From: Anaerolineales bacterium
Lineage (GTDB): Bacteria; Chloroflexota; Anaerolineae; Anaerolineales; UBA11858
Length of the DNA: 64,000 nucleotides
NCBI GenBank assembly: GCA_024763275.1
Contig: JANTFT010000005.1
Location: forward strand, 8,758 to 72,757
Reading direction: 5' to 3'
Below are positions 19,110 through 27,741 of this stretch, one piece after another. Position 1 is the stretch's first letter. Each line of letters begins with the position of its first letter. Both the position numbers and the translations under genes were made by a program. The notes beneath the pieces are model-generated. The model saw only the letters and a program-made list of their open reading frames with translations, did not search any database and was not told the origin of the DNA.

Positions 19110-20162
19110 ATGTCACCTGAAAAAGAAATGGAACAGCTTGTCAATAAGAAAACCGGGAAGGAATATGGCAGAGGACGCAGCCCGGCCCAGGACGCTTTCC
19201 GGGAATTCCGGCGCAACAAGATTGCCGTCGCTGGTGTGATCTTCGTTACCTTAGTGGTTTTAGTAGCTATCTTCGCTCCTGTCTTCACTCCCTATTCCTT
19301 CGCGCAGCAGAACCGCTACAGTAATCGGCAGAAAGCCTTCACCGGATATGACATCACCACTGATTTCGCAGAGGAAAACTGCCACTGGTACAACACTCCC
19401 CTGGAATGGGGCTGCACCTTCTATATAGCTGGATCTGATCCCTTGGGGCGCGACCTGTGGAGCCGGTTGATCTACGGCGCCCGGGTATCCCTGGCGGTAG
19501 CCTTCGTAGCCTCAAGTGTGAGTCTGATCATTGGTATGATTTACGGCACGATTTCTGGCTATGCCGGCGGCAAGGTCGATATGATTATGATGCGGATCGT
19601 GGACTTTCTCTACTCTGTCCCTTTGTTGCCGATCATAATCATGATGACGGTTTACTTCAAAGCCCTGGCGCGCAGAGGAGTGACGACCGGGTTCATGGGA
19701 ACCCTGATCGTCCTCAACCGAGCGACGGGCGGACTTTTCTTCGTGTTCATCGCTATAGGCGCTCTGAACTGGCTGGGTATGGCCCGCCAGGCCCGCGGTC
19801 AGGTGCTCTCCTATAAGGAAAAGGAATTTGTGGAAGCTGCCCGGGCGATCGGTGCCAAAGATGGACATATCATGATGAAGCACCTGCTGCCTAACGTGAT
19901 CGGGCCGCTGCTGATCATAGAATCCCTACAGATCCCCGGTTACATCTTCCTGGAGGCAACTCTCAGCTTTATTGGCCTGGGGGTCGATCCACCCACACCC
20001 AGTTGGGGAGCAATGATCAATGAAGGATATGGTGGGATCAAATCGAACCCCCACCTGGTGCTTTTCCCCGGAATAGCCCTGGCTCTTACCACTCTGGCAT
20101 TCAATTTTATGGGTGACGGATTGCGGGACGCCTTTGATGCCCGATTGAGGGGGAGGAAGTAA
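19110..20162 (+). CDS. oppC: peptide ABC transporter permease (OppC type)
   Basis: AFREFRRNKIAVAGVIFV..., GRDLWSRLIYGARVSL, and the EAA loop KEKEFVEAARAIGA are typical of OppC/DppC. Confidence 0.85.
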   Translation: MSPEKEMEQLVNKKTGKEYGRGRSPAQDAFREFRRNKIAVAGVIFVTLVVLVAIFAPVFTPYSFAQQNRYSNRQKAFTGYDITTDFAEENCHWYNTPLEWGCTFYIAGSDPLGRDLWSRLIYGARVSLAVAFVASSVSLIIGMIYGTISGYAGGKVDMIMMRIVDFLYSVPLLPIIIMMTVYFKALARRGVTTGFMGTLIVLNRATGGLFFVFIAIGALNWLGMARQARGQVLSYKEKEFVEAARAIGAKDGHIMMKHLLPNVIGPLLIIESLQIPGYIFLEATLSFIGLGVDPPTPSWGAMINEGYGGIKSNPHLVLFPGIALALTTLAFNFMGDGLRDAFDARLRGRK

Positions 20163-20167
20163 ATCTT

Positions 20168-20557
20168 ATGGAAAGAAAAAACCTGTTTATCTTTCTGGCA
20201 GTTGTGAGCTTGCTGCTGGTTGTGAGTCTGGCCTGTAAACAAGCTGGCAGTATCATCACTCCCGCTGAGGCGACCCAGCGCTATGAAGCCACCCAGGAAG
20301 TACTGGCCGGTGATGTGTCTGGCGATGCCTTTGGTGCGCAGTATTTAACCGGGGAAGAAGCAGTCTTGACAGGGGATGGCTATTTGGTGCCTCTTTACCA
20401 GCTGGTTGGTGACCAATTCCCTGTTTCAAACGCCACCCGCGGGGATGTGGTCACTATTTTGGGTTCAGTGAATTACGAAGAGGAAATCTGGTATAAAGTG
20501 GAGAGTCTGGGAGGGGACCACTGGGTACCCGGATCCTCTCTCGAACCAGTGGAGTGA
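20168..20557 (+). CDS. small lipoprotein with SH3b-like domain
   Basis: Lipobox LLVVSLAC. The C-terminus GDVVTILGSVNYEEEIWYKVESLGGDHWVPGSSL resembles bacterial SH3. Confidence 0.5.
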   Translation: MERKNLFIFLAVVSLLLVVSLACKQAGSIITPAEATQRYEATQEVLAGDVSGDAFGAQYLTGEEAVLTGDGYLVPLYQLVGDQFPVSNATRGDVVTILGSVNYEEEIWYKVESLGGDHWVPGSSLEPVE

Positions 20558-20578
20558 AGTGACACGTAAAGAAGAACG

Positions 20579-20622
20579 ACAGGGAGGTAATCCCAGGTGG
20601 GATTACCTCCCTGTTTTAATTT
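20579..20622 (+). terminator. rho-independent terminator
   Basis: cAGGGAGGTAATCCCaggtGGGATTACCTCCCTgttttaattt is a 14-bp stem followed by a T-rich tail. Confidence 0.6.
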
Positions 20623-20747
20623 AACCTCAAAAATATTCCAGTTAGCGTAGTTCTGGAGGAGGGTGAAAAGTGATCCTCCCTGCCAATTGTCTCTCTGGGG
20701 ATTCACGATATAATCGTACATGGTTTTTTATGGTGTAGGAGTTTGTA

Positions 20748-22535
20748 ATGAACTGGTCACAAAAATCACGAGTCAGGGTCCTCGTTCTGGCTGCAGCCCT
20801 GGCTGTTTTCTTGTCGAGCTGCAGTATTGGCCCCCAGGATAAGCTGTGGGTCAAATCGGAAAGCTGGAGCAGGGCCATCACCCTCGGAGAAACCAGTCTG
20901 GCCGGGCCGGTACCTGCCCAGGTGAATGAGGCTGGTGAGGTATTTTCCGTGATATTCCAGCGATTGAATGAGGAGAATAACCTTTTTATTCCCCAGATTG
21001 TCCGTTTGAATGATCAGGGAGAGATCGATCAACGGGTCGATCTTGATATCCAGATCCCCAAACCGGGAGATGCTGCGGTCGTATTGGTGGAGAATGGTTT
21101 TGATCTTTACTGGATAGGTAATTCGACCTTGCAAACAGCCCGGGTGGATCCGCACGGGAAACTAACCCGCGGGCCCCTGGTCTTATCCGGAGATGATTAT
21201 GTGAGCAGTTTTTCCCTGGATCAGCTGGGTGATGGGATCGTCCTGTCCTATTCCGGCAGCAGGGAACATCCTGGTGCTGTTATTCTGGCAGGCGAAGTTG
21301 GTCATCTCCAGCGAACCGTCCTGGATCTGGAGGGTATCCGGGTCAGCCAGACAATTGACCAGGAAGGGCAGCTCCATCTGAGCTGGATCAGATATCCGGT
21401 CAATTATGGAGTAGCCGAATTATTTTATCTGGAAACCGATACCCAGGCGATAGACCCAACTGATAGATTCTTGATCCACAGCCTCAATCTGACCCCTGCT
21501 ATCAGGATCACCGGCCCGGTATTGGGTTTTGATGAGCAGCTGGGCTATATCTTCTGGTCCATGTCAATTATCTCCGGATTGGATACAGGAGTTCAGAATT
21601 CCTACGTTCAGTATTTCCCGATCGATCGTCCGGATGCTGTCCGGCCGCCTATACGAGTGGCTGTACCTTACTCGCAGAATATCAAGCCTGAAAGGATCTG
21701 GGGAGAGTACTTCGATGTTGGAGAGAGGGTTCGCATCAGTGGCTCTATCCCCCTGACCACTTTCCAGGACAATGTTGCTGTTCTGCCAGGCCGATATCCC
21801 GAACTGGCATTCACATTCCGATCTCACTCAGAGTATAAATGGCGGGATATCCGCTACCAGGTCAATGTGGCCTATTTTAAGGATGGTTTGTTGACCTCTT
21901 ACCAGCCGCTCAGCTATACGCCGACTGAATCGATGTTCCCAACAATATTCCAGGATGCGGAAGGCAATCTTTATGTCAGCTGGCTGGAGAAAACACGGGC
22001 GGGTTTTAACGCTTATATAACCACCACTGATCCTGGAAAAAGGGCGGTCCTGGACCAGGTCTCCTGGAATGATTATTTTTACCTGCTTGCGTCGGGAATC
22101 TTTGGTGTCCTGGCAGGAGTGATCCTGTCGCCTTTCGCGGCAGCAGTATGGGGAGGGATCGGCCTGATCGGGTTCATCTTCCTGCTCATTCTCTCTCAAT
22201 TCAATAAACCTATATACAGGAAGATAGGTGAGGTCCTGAGCATGGCGACCGGAATTGGTGTGTTCTGGTTTATGAAACTAGCGACCCTGCCGGGGTTGAA
22301 GGATCTCGATTATGTGCCCTTCTCGGCCTGGATCCCACACATCCCGGATCGTTTGACCACTCCACTTTTATATGGTGTGCCGATCTTGATCTTAATGGCC
22401 GGGCTGATTATTGCATATTTCAACACCTACGGGAAAAAGAACGACTCCCCGATCTATTTTTACCTGCTGTACTGTGCGGTCGATGCTTTATTATCCTGTG
22501 CGGTTTACGGCATTCTGATCTATGGGTCTTTCTAA
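20748..22535 (+). CDS. hypothetical lipoprotein/membrane protein: ~430 aa ectodomain plus C-terminal multi-TM region
   Basis: Lipobox AVFLSSC. Beta-rich ectodomain with no family motif I recognise. C-terminal TM helices (YFYLLASGIFGVLAGVILSPFAAAVWGGIGLIGFIFLLIL..., LLYGVPILILMAGLIIAYF, IYFYLLYCAVDALLSCAVYGILIYG). Confidence 0.5.
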   Translation: MNWSQKSRVRVLVLAAALAVFLSSCSIGPQDKLWVKSESWSRAITLGETSLAGPVPAQVNEAGEVFSVIFQRLNEENNLFIPQIVRLNDQGEIDQRVDLDIQIPKPGDAAVVLVENGFDLYWIGNSTLQTARVDPHGKLTRGPLVLSGDDYVSSFSLDQLGDGIVLSYSGSREHPGAVILAGEVGHLQRTVLDLEGIRVSQTIDQEGQLHLSWIRYPVNYGVAELFYLETDTQAIDPTDRFLIHSLNLTPAIRITGPVLGFDEQLGYIFWSMSIISGLDTGVQNSYVQYFPIDRPDAVRPPIRVAVPYSQNIKPERIWGEYFDVGERVRISGSIPLTTFQDNVAVLPGRYPELAFTFRSHSEYKWRDIRYQVNVAYFKDGLLTSYQPLSYTPTESMFPTIFQDAEGNLYVSWLEKTRAGFNAYITTTDPGKRAVLDQVSWNDYFYLLASGIFGVLAGVILSPFAAAVWGGIGLIGFIFLLILSQFNKPIYRKIGEVLSMATGIGVFWFMKLATLPGLKDLDYVPFSAWIPHIPDRLTTPLLYGVPILILMAGLIIAYFNTYGKKNDSPIYFYLLYCAVDALLSCAVYGILIYGSF

Positions 22536-22591
22536 CCTGCCTGGATCATCCATCCCCAGTATCCCTTCCCCTCCCTAATAAAAATGCAAGG

Positions 22592-22619
22592 AAAAAACCC
22601 CCTTCAGGGGGTTTTTCTT
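22592..22619 (+). terminator. rho-independent terminator
   Basis: AAAAACCCCCttcaGGGGGTTTTTctt. Confidence 0.7.
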
Positions 22620-22645
22620 ATTGGCCGGCATGTTATCATATCAGC

Positions 22646-23743
22646 ATGAGTGACAAGTTCCGGGTGTTGATTGTTGACGACCACCAGGAAATTCGCACTG
22701 TACTGCGTGCGAATCTGGAAACCCTTGATGTGGATATGGATCTGATCGATGTTCCAACCGGTGAGGAAGCTATCATCGAAGTGGTTGGGACCGGTATCGA
22801 CCTGTTAATTGCTGATGTAGGGCTGCCCGGTCTATCTGGAGTGGAGCTCTACCGCAAGCTAAAATCCACCTATCCTGACATGCAGGTTATCATCATCACC
22901 GGCTTGGAGGATGAACAGATCCGTCAGGAGATCGCTGAACTTGGCGTGGAGGCATTTTTCTTCAAACCCCTGAAAATGCCGGAATTCCTCAATGCGGTGC
23001 GGATTACCTTGGGGCTGGAACCCCTTGAGGAAGAAGCTGAGGATCTGGTCAAGCTGACCAAAAAGAGTCTTGCCAAAGAGGTCACCAACCGGATAGCGGA
23101 TTTACGGGGTGAGTTGGGAGCTATCTCAATCATGGTGATCGAAGCCGGGGGAGTGATCGGTGCCGAGACCGGGATCCTGCCGGATACGATCTATGAGACC
23201 CATGTGATCCCCTTGCTGTTGAAGTCGTTCGGATCCACCAATAAGATCTCCTTTTATCTTGGCAAAGATCGGCCGGAAAGTACCTGGTACTTTTCAGGAG
23301 AGAAGTATGACGTATTCTGGTCCCATATCGATACATCCTGGGGCATGGTGATCCTCACCAATCCGATCGAGCAGAAGAACGACTTTGCCTGGGTGATGAC
23401 CACTGTCGAGCTGGCTATTCAGGAGGTTGCTGAGATCATTGCCGGTTTGGGGGCACCAGCAGCCGAGGGTGCATCCAAGGTTAGAGAGAAGAAGGAAGAT
23501 GCTAAGATCTCACCTGCTCCCTCTGCCAAAGCAGCCAAAGCCAAGCTGCCAAAGAAAACCACCAAGCGGACCGAGAAGGACAGCTCTCCTTCTGAAACAG
23601 TCAATGAAAACGAAGTACATGAGTTCTGGAAAGCCGCTACCCTGGAAGAAGAGATCATCCGCATCGACAGCCCGGATTCTCTATCCTTTGAGCAGGCCCA
23701 AAAGCTCGGTTTTATTCCAAATGGGGACGAGCTGGGTTCTTGA
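22646..23743 (+). CDS. orphan response regulator: REC + Roadblock/LC7-like middle domain + Lys/Ala/Pro-rich tail
   Basis: REC motifs VLIVDDHQEIR, DLLIADVGLPGLSG and FFFKPL. The middle region LRGELGAISIMVIEAGGVIGAETG...LLLKSFGSTNKIS...MVILTNP is Roadblock/MglB-like by eye. The tail is KISPAPSAKAAKAKLPKKTTKRTEK. No DNA-binding or enzymatic output domain is recognised. Confidence 0.7.
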   Translation: MSDKFRVLIVDDHQEIRTVLRANLETLDVDMDLIDVPTGEEAIIEVVGTGIDLLIADVGLPGLSGVELYRKLKSTYPDMQVIIITGLEDEQIRQEIAELGVEAFFFKPLKMPEFLNAVRITLGLEPLEEEAEDLVKLTKKSLAKEVTNRIADLRGELGAISIMVIEAGGVIGAETGILPDTIYETHVIPLLLKSFGSTNKISFYLGKDRPESTWYFSGEKYDVFWSHIDTSWGMVILTNPIEQKNDFAWVMTTVELAIQEVAEIIAGLGAPAAEGASKVREKKEDAKISPAPSAKAAKAKLPKKTTKRTEKDSSPSETVNENEVHEFWKAATLEEEIIRIDSPDSLSFEQAQKLGFIPNGDELGS

Positions 23744-23819
23744 ATTCCCCCTCAGGTTGGGTAAATCCATTTTCCATTGTCACTGAAAATTTCCTATGAT
23801 ACAATGCCTTGGCTGACAT

Positions 23820-23890
23820 TGGGGAGTGGTGCAATGGTAGCACAGAGGCCTTTGGAGCCTTTGATCTTGGTTCGAATCCAGGCTCCCCAG
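23820..23890 (+). tRNA. tRNA-Gln (anticodon UUG)
   Basis: Manual cloverleaf. Acceptor TGGGGAG/CTCCCCA (U1:A72 as in many tRNA-Gln). D arm GTGC-AATGGTA-GCAC. Anticodon arm GAGGC-CTTTGGA-GCCTT. T arm CTTGG-TTCGAAT-CCAGG. Discriminator G. CCA is not encoded. Confidence 0.85.
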
Positions 23891-23954
23891 CTTTACCCAT
23901 ATCCTGCGGGATCGGGGATTGCAGAAGACAAAGAAGCGATGAGAATAGAGACCC

Positions 23955-24002
23955 CAGCGAGCCAGGATTTTCTACCGTTTTCCTGCTCGCTGATTGTTTA
24001 TT
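23955..24002 (+). terminator. hairpin terminator downstream of tRNA-Gln
   Basis: CAGCGAGCcAGGAttttctaccgtttTCCTGCTCGCTGattgtttatt is a 12-bp stem with one bulge and a T-rich tail. Confidence 0.5.
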
Positions 24003-24049
24003 AATCGGAGTGGTGTTGATATCCACTCTGCTTGCGCAGGGGAAATGAC

Positions 24050-25399
24050 ATGATTATTGATGTGATCATCCTGGCGGCCGGGAAAGGAACGAGAATGGTT
24101 TCCGACCTGCCCAAACCTCTTCACCCGCTCCTGGGAAAACCGCTCATCCATTATGTGGCAGCAGCTGCGGCACCCCTAACGGAAAAACCTCCTGTAGTGG
24201 TCCTCGGTCATGGAAGTGAGCAGATCAGAGATTCACTGGGGGAGGGATTGCGGTACGTGATCCAGAGTGATCTGCTGGGAACCGGCCACGCGGTCCAGCA
24301 GGCTGAGGCATCCCTTAAAGGAACTTCTGACCTGATTCTGATCATATATGGGGACATGCCCCTGGTGAGGACCCAGACTCTGGAAAAGCTGGTTGAAGCT
24401 CAGAAAGCTCACAGCGGACCACTGACAATCTTGACCCTGATGGAAGAGAACCCCCGGGGTTTCGGCAGGATTTACCGGGATGCAAATGGCGCCATCCAGG
24501 CTATAGTGGAGGAATCTGATGCGACTGAGGAGCAGCTGGACATCAAGGAGCTCAATGCTGGCATGTACTGCGTCGAGAGTGATTGGCTGTGGGATTCCCT
24601 CGCTAAGATCCCTGTCTCGTCCAAGGGAGAATATTATCTGACCGACCTGGTGGCCATAGCCGCCGAGGAAGGAGCTTCAATTGCTTCTGTGACAGTTGCA
24701 GATTCCCGTGAGCTGCTGGGAATCAACAACCGGGCCCATCTGGCTGAGGCCGGACAAATATTACGCGACCGGATCAACCAACAATGGATGCTGTCCGGGG
24801 TCAGCATTGTCGATCCCTGGACGACTTATATTGATCCCGATGTCACCATCGGGCAGGATAGTGTGATTTTGCCTGGCACCTTCTTGCAGGGGAACACAAT
24901 CATCGGCAGGGAGTGCCTGATTGGCCCCGGGACCCGGATCTTCAACAGCCAGGTGGGGGATCAATGCGAGATCGAGTACTCGGTTGTGGAGGAATCCCGT
25001 CTGGAGGATGGGGTTGATGTTGGACCGTTCAGCCACCTCCGCAAAGGAGCCCACCTGGCTGCGGGAGTTCACATGGGTAATTTTGGCGAAATCAAGGATT
25101 CCTATCTGGGGGAAGGATCCAAGATGGGCCATTTTTCCTATCTTGGAAACGCCAGGGTGGGCAAGGATGTCAACATCGGCGCGGGTACGGTTACCTGCAA
25201 TTATGATGGCCAGGAAAAGCATCCGACCACCATCAAGGACGGTGTTTTTATCGGGAGTGATTCCCTGCTGATCGCCCCGCTGGAGATTGGAGAGAACGCA
25301 ACTACCGGTGCTGGATCGGTAGTTACCAAGGATGTGCCGCCGGACACTGTTGTGGTGGGTGTCCCGGCCAGAAAGATCCGCCGCAAGGATCAAAAATAA
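24050..25399 (+). CDS. glmU: bifunctional UDP-N-acetylglucosamine pyrophosphorylase / glucosamine-1-phosphate N-acetyltransferase
   Basis: VIILAAGKGTRM, GTGHAV, YGDMPL, a C-terminal left-handed beta-helix of hexapeptide repeats, and NYDG..K..T. ATG 24050 follows AGGGGA. The longest ORF starts at TTG 24032. Confidence 0.9.
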   Translation: MIIDVIILAAGKGTRMVSDLPKPLHPLLGKPLIHYVAAAAAPLTEKPPVVVLGHGSEQIRDSLGEGLRYVIQSDLLGTGHAVQQAEASLKGTSDLILIIYGDMPLVRTQTLEKLVEAQKAHSGPLTILTLMEENPRGFGRIYRDANGAIQAIVEESDATEEQLDIKELNAGMYCVESDWLWDSLAKIPVSSKGEYYLTDLVAIAAEEGASIASVTVADSRELLGINNRAHLAEAGQILRDRINQQWMLSGVSIVDPWTTYIDPDVTIGQDSVILPGTFLQGNTIIGRECLIGPGTRIFNSQVGDQCEIEYSVVEESRLEDGVDVGPFSHLRKGAHLAAGVHMGNFGEIKDSYLGEGSKMGHFSYLGNARVGKDVNIGAGTVTCNYDGQEKHPTTIKDGVFIGSDSLLIAPLEIGENATTGAGSVVTKDVPPDTVVVGVPARKIRRKDQK

Positions 25400-25534
25400 C
25401 CCCTGTGACCCAGGTTTCATCCTTTCCTGGAACAGAGCGTAGTAAATATTCCGAACCCGGAGAGCATTAATTCGGGTTTGATTGTCCGATGGGCTGAAAA
25501 TACCTATGAAGAAAGTGACGAGGAGACGCTGATC

Positions 25535-25942
25535 ATGGCACTCACAGACAAACAACGCCAGGAACTCATCACCAGAGCCGGCGAGGTGCGTTCAAAAGCA
25601 TATGCTCCCTATTCCAACTACCAGGTGGGTGCCGCACTGTTAACCAGCAGCGGAAAGATATTCACCGGGGTCAATGTGGAAAACGCCGCTTACCCGGATT
25701 CAATTTGCGCCGAGAGATCTGCGGTGTTCAGCGCTGTCAGCGCTGGTGAGCGGGAGTTCGAGGCTATTGCCGTGGCTACCAGGAACGGGGGAGCCCCTTG
25801 TGGCTCTTGCAGGCAGGTACTGTCTGAGTTCGGTTTGGACATCGAGGTGCTATTAGTGGATGGGGAGGGTACCTTGATCCAGCAGAACACAGTCCGAGAT
25901 CTGCTTCCAGGTGCGTTCCTTTCTAATGATCTGTCTGAGTAG
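25535..25942 (+). CDS. cdd: cytidine deaminase
   Basis: YAPYSNYQVGAAL, the CAERSAVFSAV (C/H-A-E) motif and the PCGSCRQVL zinc motif. The ~135 aa length is typical of tetrameric Cdd. Confidence 0.85.
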   Translation: MALTDKQRQELITRAGEVRSKAYAPYSNYQVGAALLTSSGKIFTGVNVENAAYPDSICAERSAVFSAVSAGEREFEAIAVATRNGGAPCGSCRQVLSEFGLDIEVLLVDGEGTLIQQNTVRDLLPGAFLSNDLSE

Positions 25943-25945
25943 CAC

Positions 25946-27172
25946 TTACCAATCTGGTCTTGGTGTGGAGATCAGTAGTAAACTTTCAATGATCCAGCCG
26001 TCCTGCTTCTGACCATCTTCATTTGTAAAACGAATATGCAGCCAGTAATAATTACTTTCTTCGTCGAAAGAAGGTGAGGGATCAATTATCTCAACAACGG
26101 TGCCGTTGACGAGGGAGGTGATGATATTCTCCGGGTCGAATTTGGGTTCACTGCGTATATAGGCCCCTGCGAATTCTTCCGATACCGCGATCTCTGCGTA
26201 GAAGGGGGTAGGTATGGGAGTGATGGTGCTGGTTGGAGTCGGGGGAGGTGTATTTGTGGCTGTGGGTACTGTTGGGGTCAGTGTTAATGTTGGGGGGATG
26301 GGGGTCTCTGTTGGTGTGGAGCTGGGAGGCAGGGGAGTTGCCGTCAGGGTGGCTGTGGGTTCCTCGGTGGGCATGGCGATCTTCCCGCCTACTATCGCGC
26401 CAGCGCTGCTTAAGCCGATCACAGCGACAATGCTGATAATGGCCACCAGGCTGCCTAAGGTGTAGCCAAGGAATTTCAGCGGTTTAATGCCCAGCAGCAT
26501 AAAAACGACAGTACCACCGATTGCCATGACCGCCAGATGGATCCCAAACAGCACCAGTCCGTCTGGCCAAAGATGGGGCTGGCCGCTGCCGAAGCCAAAT
26601 CCAGCGATAGCCAATGGCCCATACAGCTCATAAGCGATGGCAACACTGGGCAGAGGGGGCATCTGGCCGTCCTTTTTCAATCCGAGAACGGCGAATATTG
26701 TACCGGCTAACAGGAGGACCAGGTGGGTCCAGGATACCCGGGCGTTGTAGATCAGGAACTGGACCTGCGGGGTATTGAGTACGAGGGAGGCATACCCTCC
26801 CAGTATGCCGACCAGGAAAACAAAACCGCTGGCCACCAGGGATCCTGCCAGTCGCTGGCTGAAGAATTTCAGGGATCCCGTGGCTGTGCCCAGGGAGATG
26901 CCTATCAGGGGAGACATGATCGGCGCTGTCACCGCGCCCAGGACCAGCAGGACCGGTGAATCGGCCAGAATGCTGACTGTCAGGATAGCTGCTGCCAGCA
27001 GGGAAAACAAGAAAAAATCAAATGAGGGGATGGTCTTATGAGCCAGGTTTTCAATATCGTCGGCGATCTCGACCAGATCATCTGGAAGAAGCCCCCGCTG
27101 GGCCCGGCGTCTGCGGGCAGGCGGCATATCCTGGGGATCGTCAGGGAATTGATCGCTTTTAGGTATGGACAT
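25946..27172 (-). CDS. DUF389-like multi-pass membrane protein with Pro/Thr-rich linker and C-terminal SH3b-like domain
   Basis: TM-rich N-terminal part (SFDFFLFSLLAAAILTVSILADSPVLLVLGAVTAPIMSPLIG...). Linker TATLTATPLPPSSTPTETPIPPTLTLTPTVPTATNTPPPTPTSTITPIPTP. SH3b-like end AYIRSEPKFDPENIITSLVNGTVVEII...YWLHIRF...DGWIIESLL. Confidence 0.55.
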   Translation of the reverse strand: MSIPKSDQFPDDPQDMPPARRRRAQRGLLPDDLVEIADDIENLAHKTIPSFDFFLFSLLAAAILTVSILADSPVLLVLGAVTAPIMSPLIGISLGTATGSLKFFSQRLAGSLVASGFVFLVGILGGYASLVLNTPQVQFLIYNARVSWTHLVLLLAGTIFAVLGLKKDGQMPPLPSVAIAYELYGPLAIAGFGFGSGQPHLWPDGLVLFGIHLAVMAIGGTVVFMLLGIKPLKFLGYTLGSLVAIISIVAVIGLSSAGAIVGGKIAMPTEEPTATLTATPLPPSSTPTETPIPPTLTLTPTVPTATNTPPPTPTSTITPIPTPFYAEIAVSEEFAGAYIRSEPKFDPENIITSLVNGTVVEIIDPSPSFDEESNYYWLHIRFTNEDGQKQDGWIIESLLLISTPRPDW

Positions 27173-27189
27173 GGTTTTTCCCGGCTGGC

Positions 27190-27660
27190 TTATTTCCTAA
27201 GACTTGCCTTCAATCTGATGGGGTTAAGCAGGAGTTCCAGGGCGCTCTGGATATCAGGAACGATCAGATCGGCCTGGAGCAGGGTTTCAAGTGCCGTGCC
27301 TTCCGGCGAGAGCAGGCAGATCCCGATAACAGCACTCCCCAGCATCAGGGCATCATTCGCCCCCTGGCCGACGGAGACCGTTTCCCCCGCTCCCAGTTCT
27401 GTGACGAAGTCAGCCTTTTGCTTGGCCTCATTCCCGGGCTGGATGCGGACAGCCGTAAGCTCTAATTCCCGGTCAATTTGGCTCTGTTTCCCATGTGTGT
27501 CGGCTGTCAGCAGGTGAACGGTTAGCTGTTTTCCCAGTTCTTTCATCAAGCCCGGCACGCCAGGCAGGAGGTTCCCGTCCACTGCCAGGGTTCCATTGAC
27601 ATCAAAAACCACATGCTTTAAGGTGATGTCCCCGATTCCGGGAATTTCCAGTCTGATCAT
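27190..27660 (-). CDS. HAD-superfamily hydrolase (soluble P-type ATPase-like, COG4087 type)
   Basis: VVFDVNGTLAVDG (DxxGT-type motif I), LLTADTHG, and VGQGANDALML (GxGxND motif III). Confidence 0.6.
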   Translation of the reverse strand: MIRLEIPGIGDITLKHVVFDVNGTLAVDGNLLPGVPGLMKELGKQLTVHLLTADTHGKQSQIDRELELTAVRIQPGNEAKQKADFVTELGAGETVSVGQGANDALMLGSAVIGICLLSPEGTALETLLQADLIVPDIQSALELLLNPIRLKASLRK

Positions 27661-27741
27661 GAAATTTATTATACTAGAAAGAACTGGCCAGGGAAAACAT
27701 AGTAAAATAGTCCCTAATTAGCCGAACAGGAGGAAACAGCT

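Noticed and set aside
23744-24031. The tRNA-Gln flank, and likewise the tRNA-Arg flank at 53179-53827, considered as genomic-island integration sites.
   Set aside because: There is no integrase, no duplicated tRNA 3' segment and no compositional island next to either tRNA. The neighbouring genes are housekeeping.
26214-26350. A repetitive GT/GG-rich DNA stretch that looks like a tandem repeat or array.
   Set aside because: It is the reverse complement of the Pro/Thr-rich linker coding region of the DUF389 protein. The repeats are irregular, with no spacer-repeat periodicity, so it is not a CRISPR or VNTR-type element.
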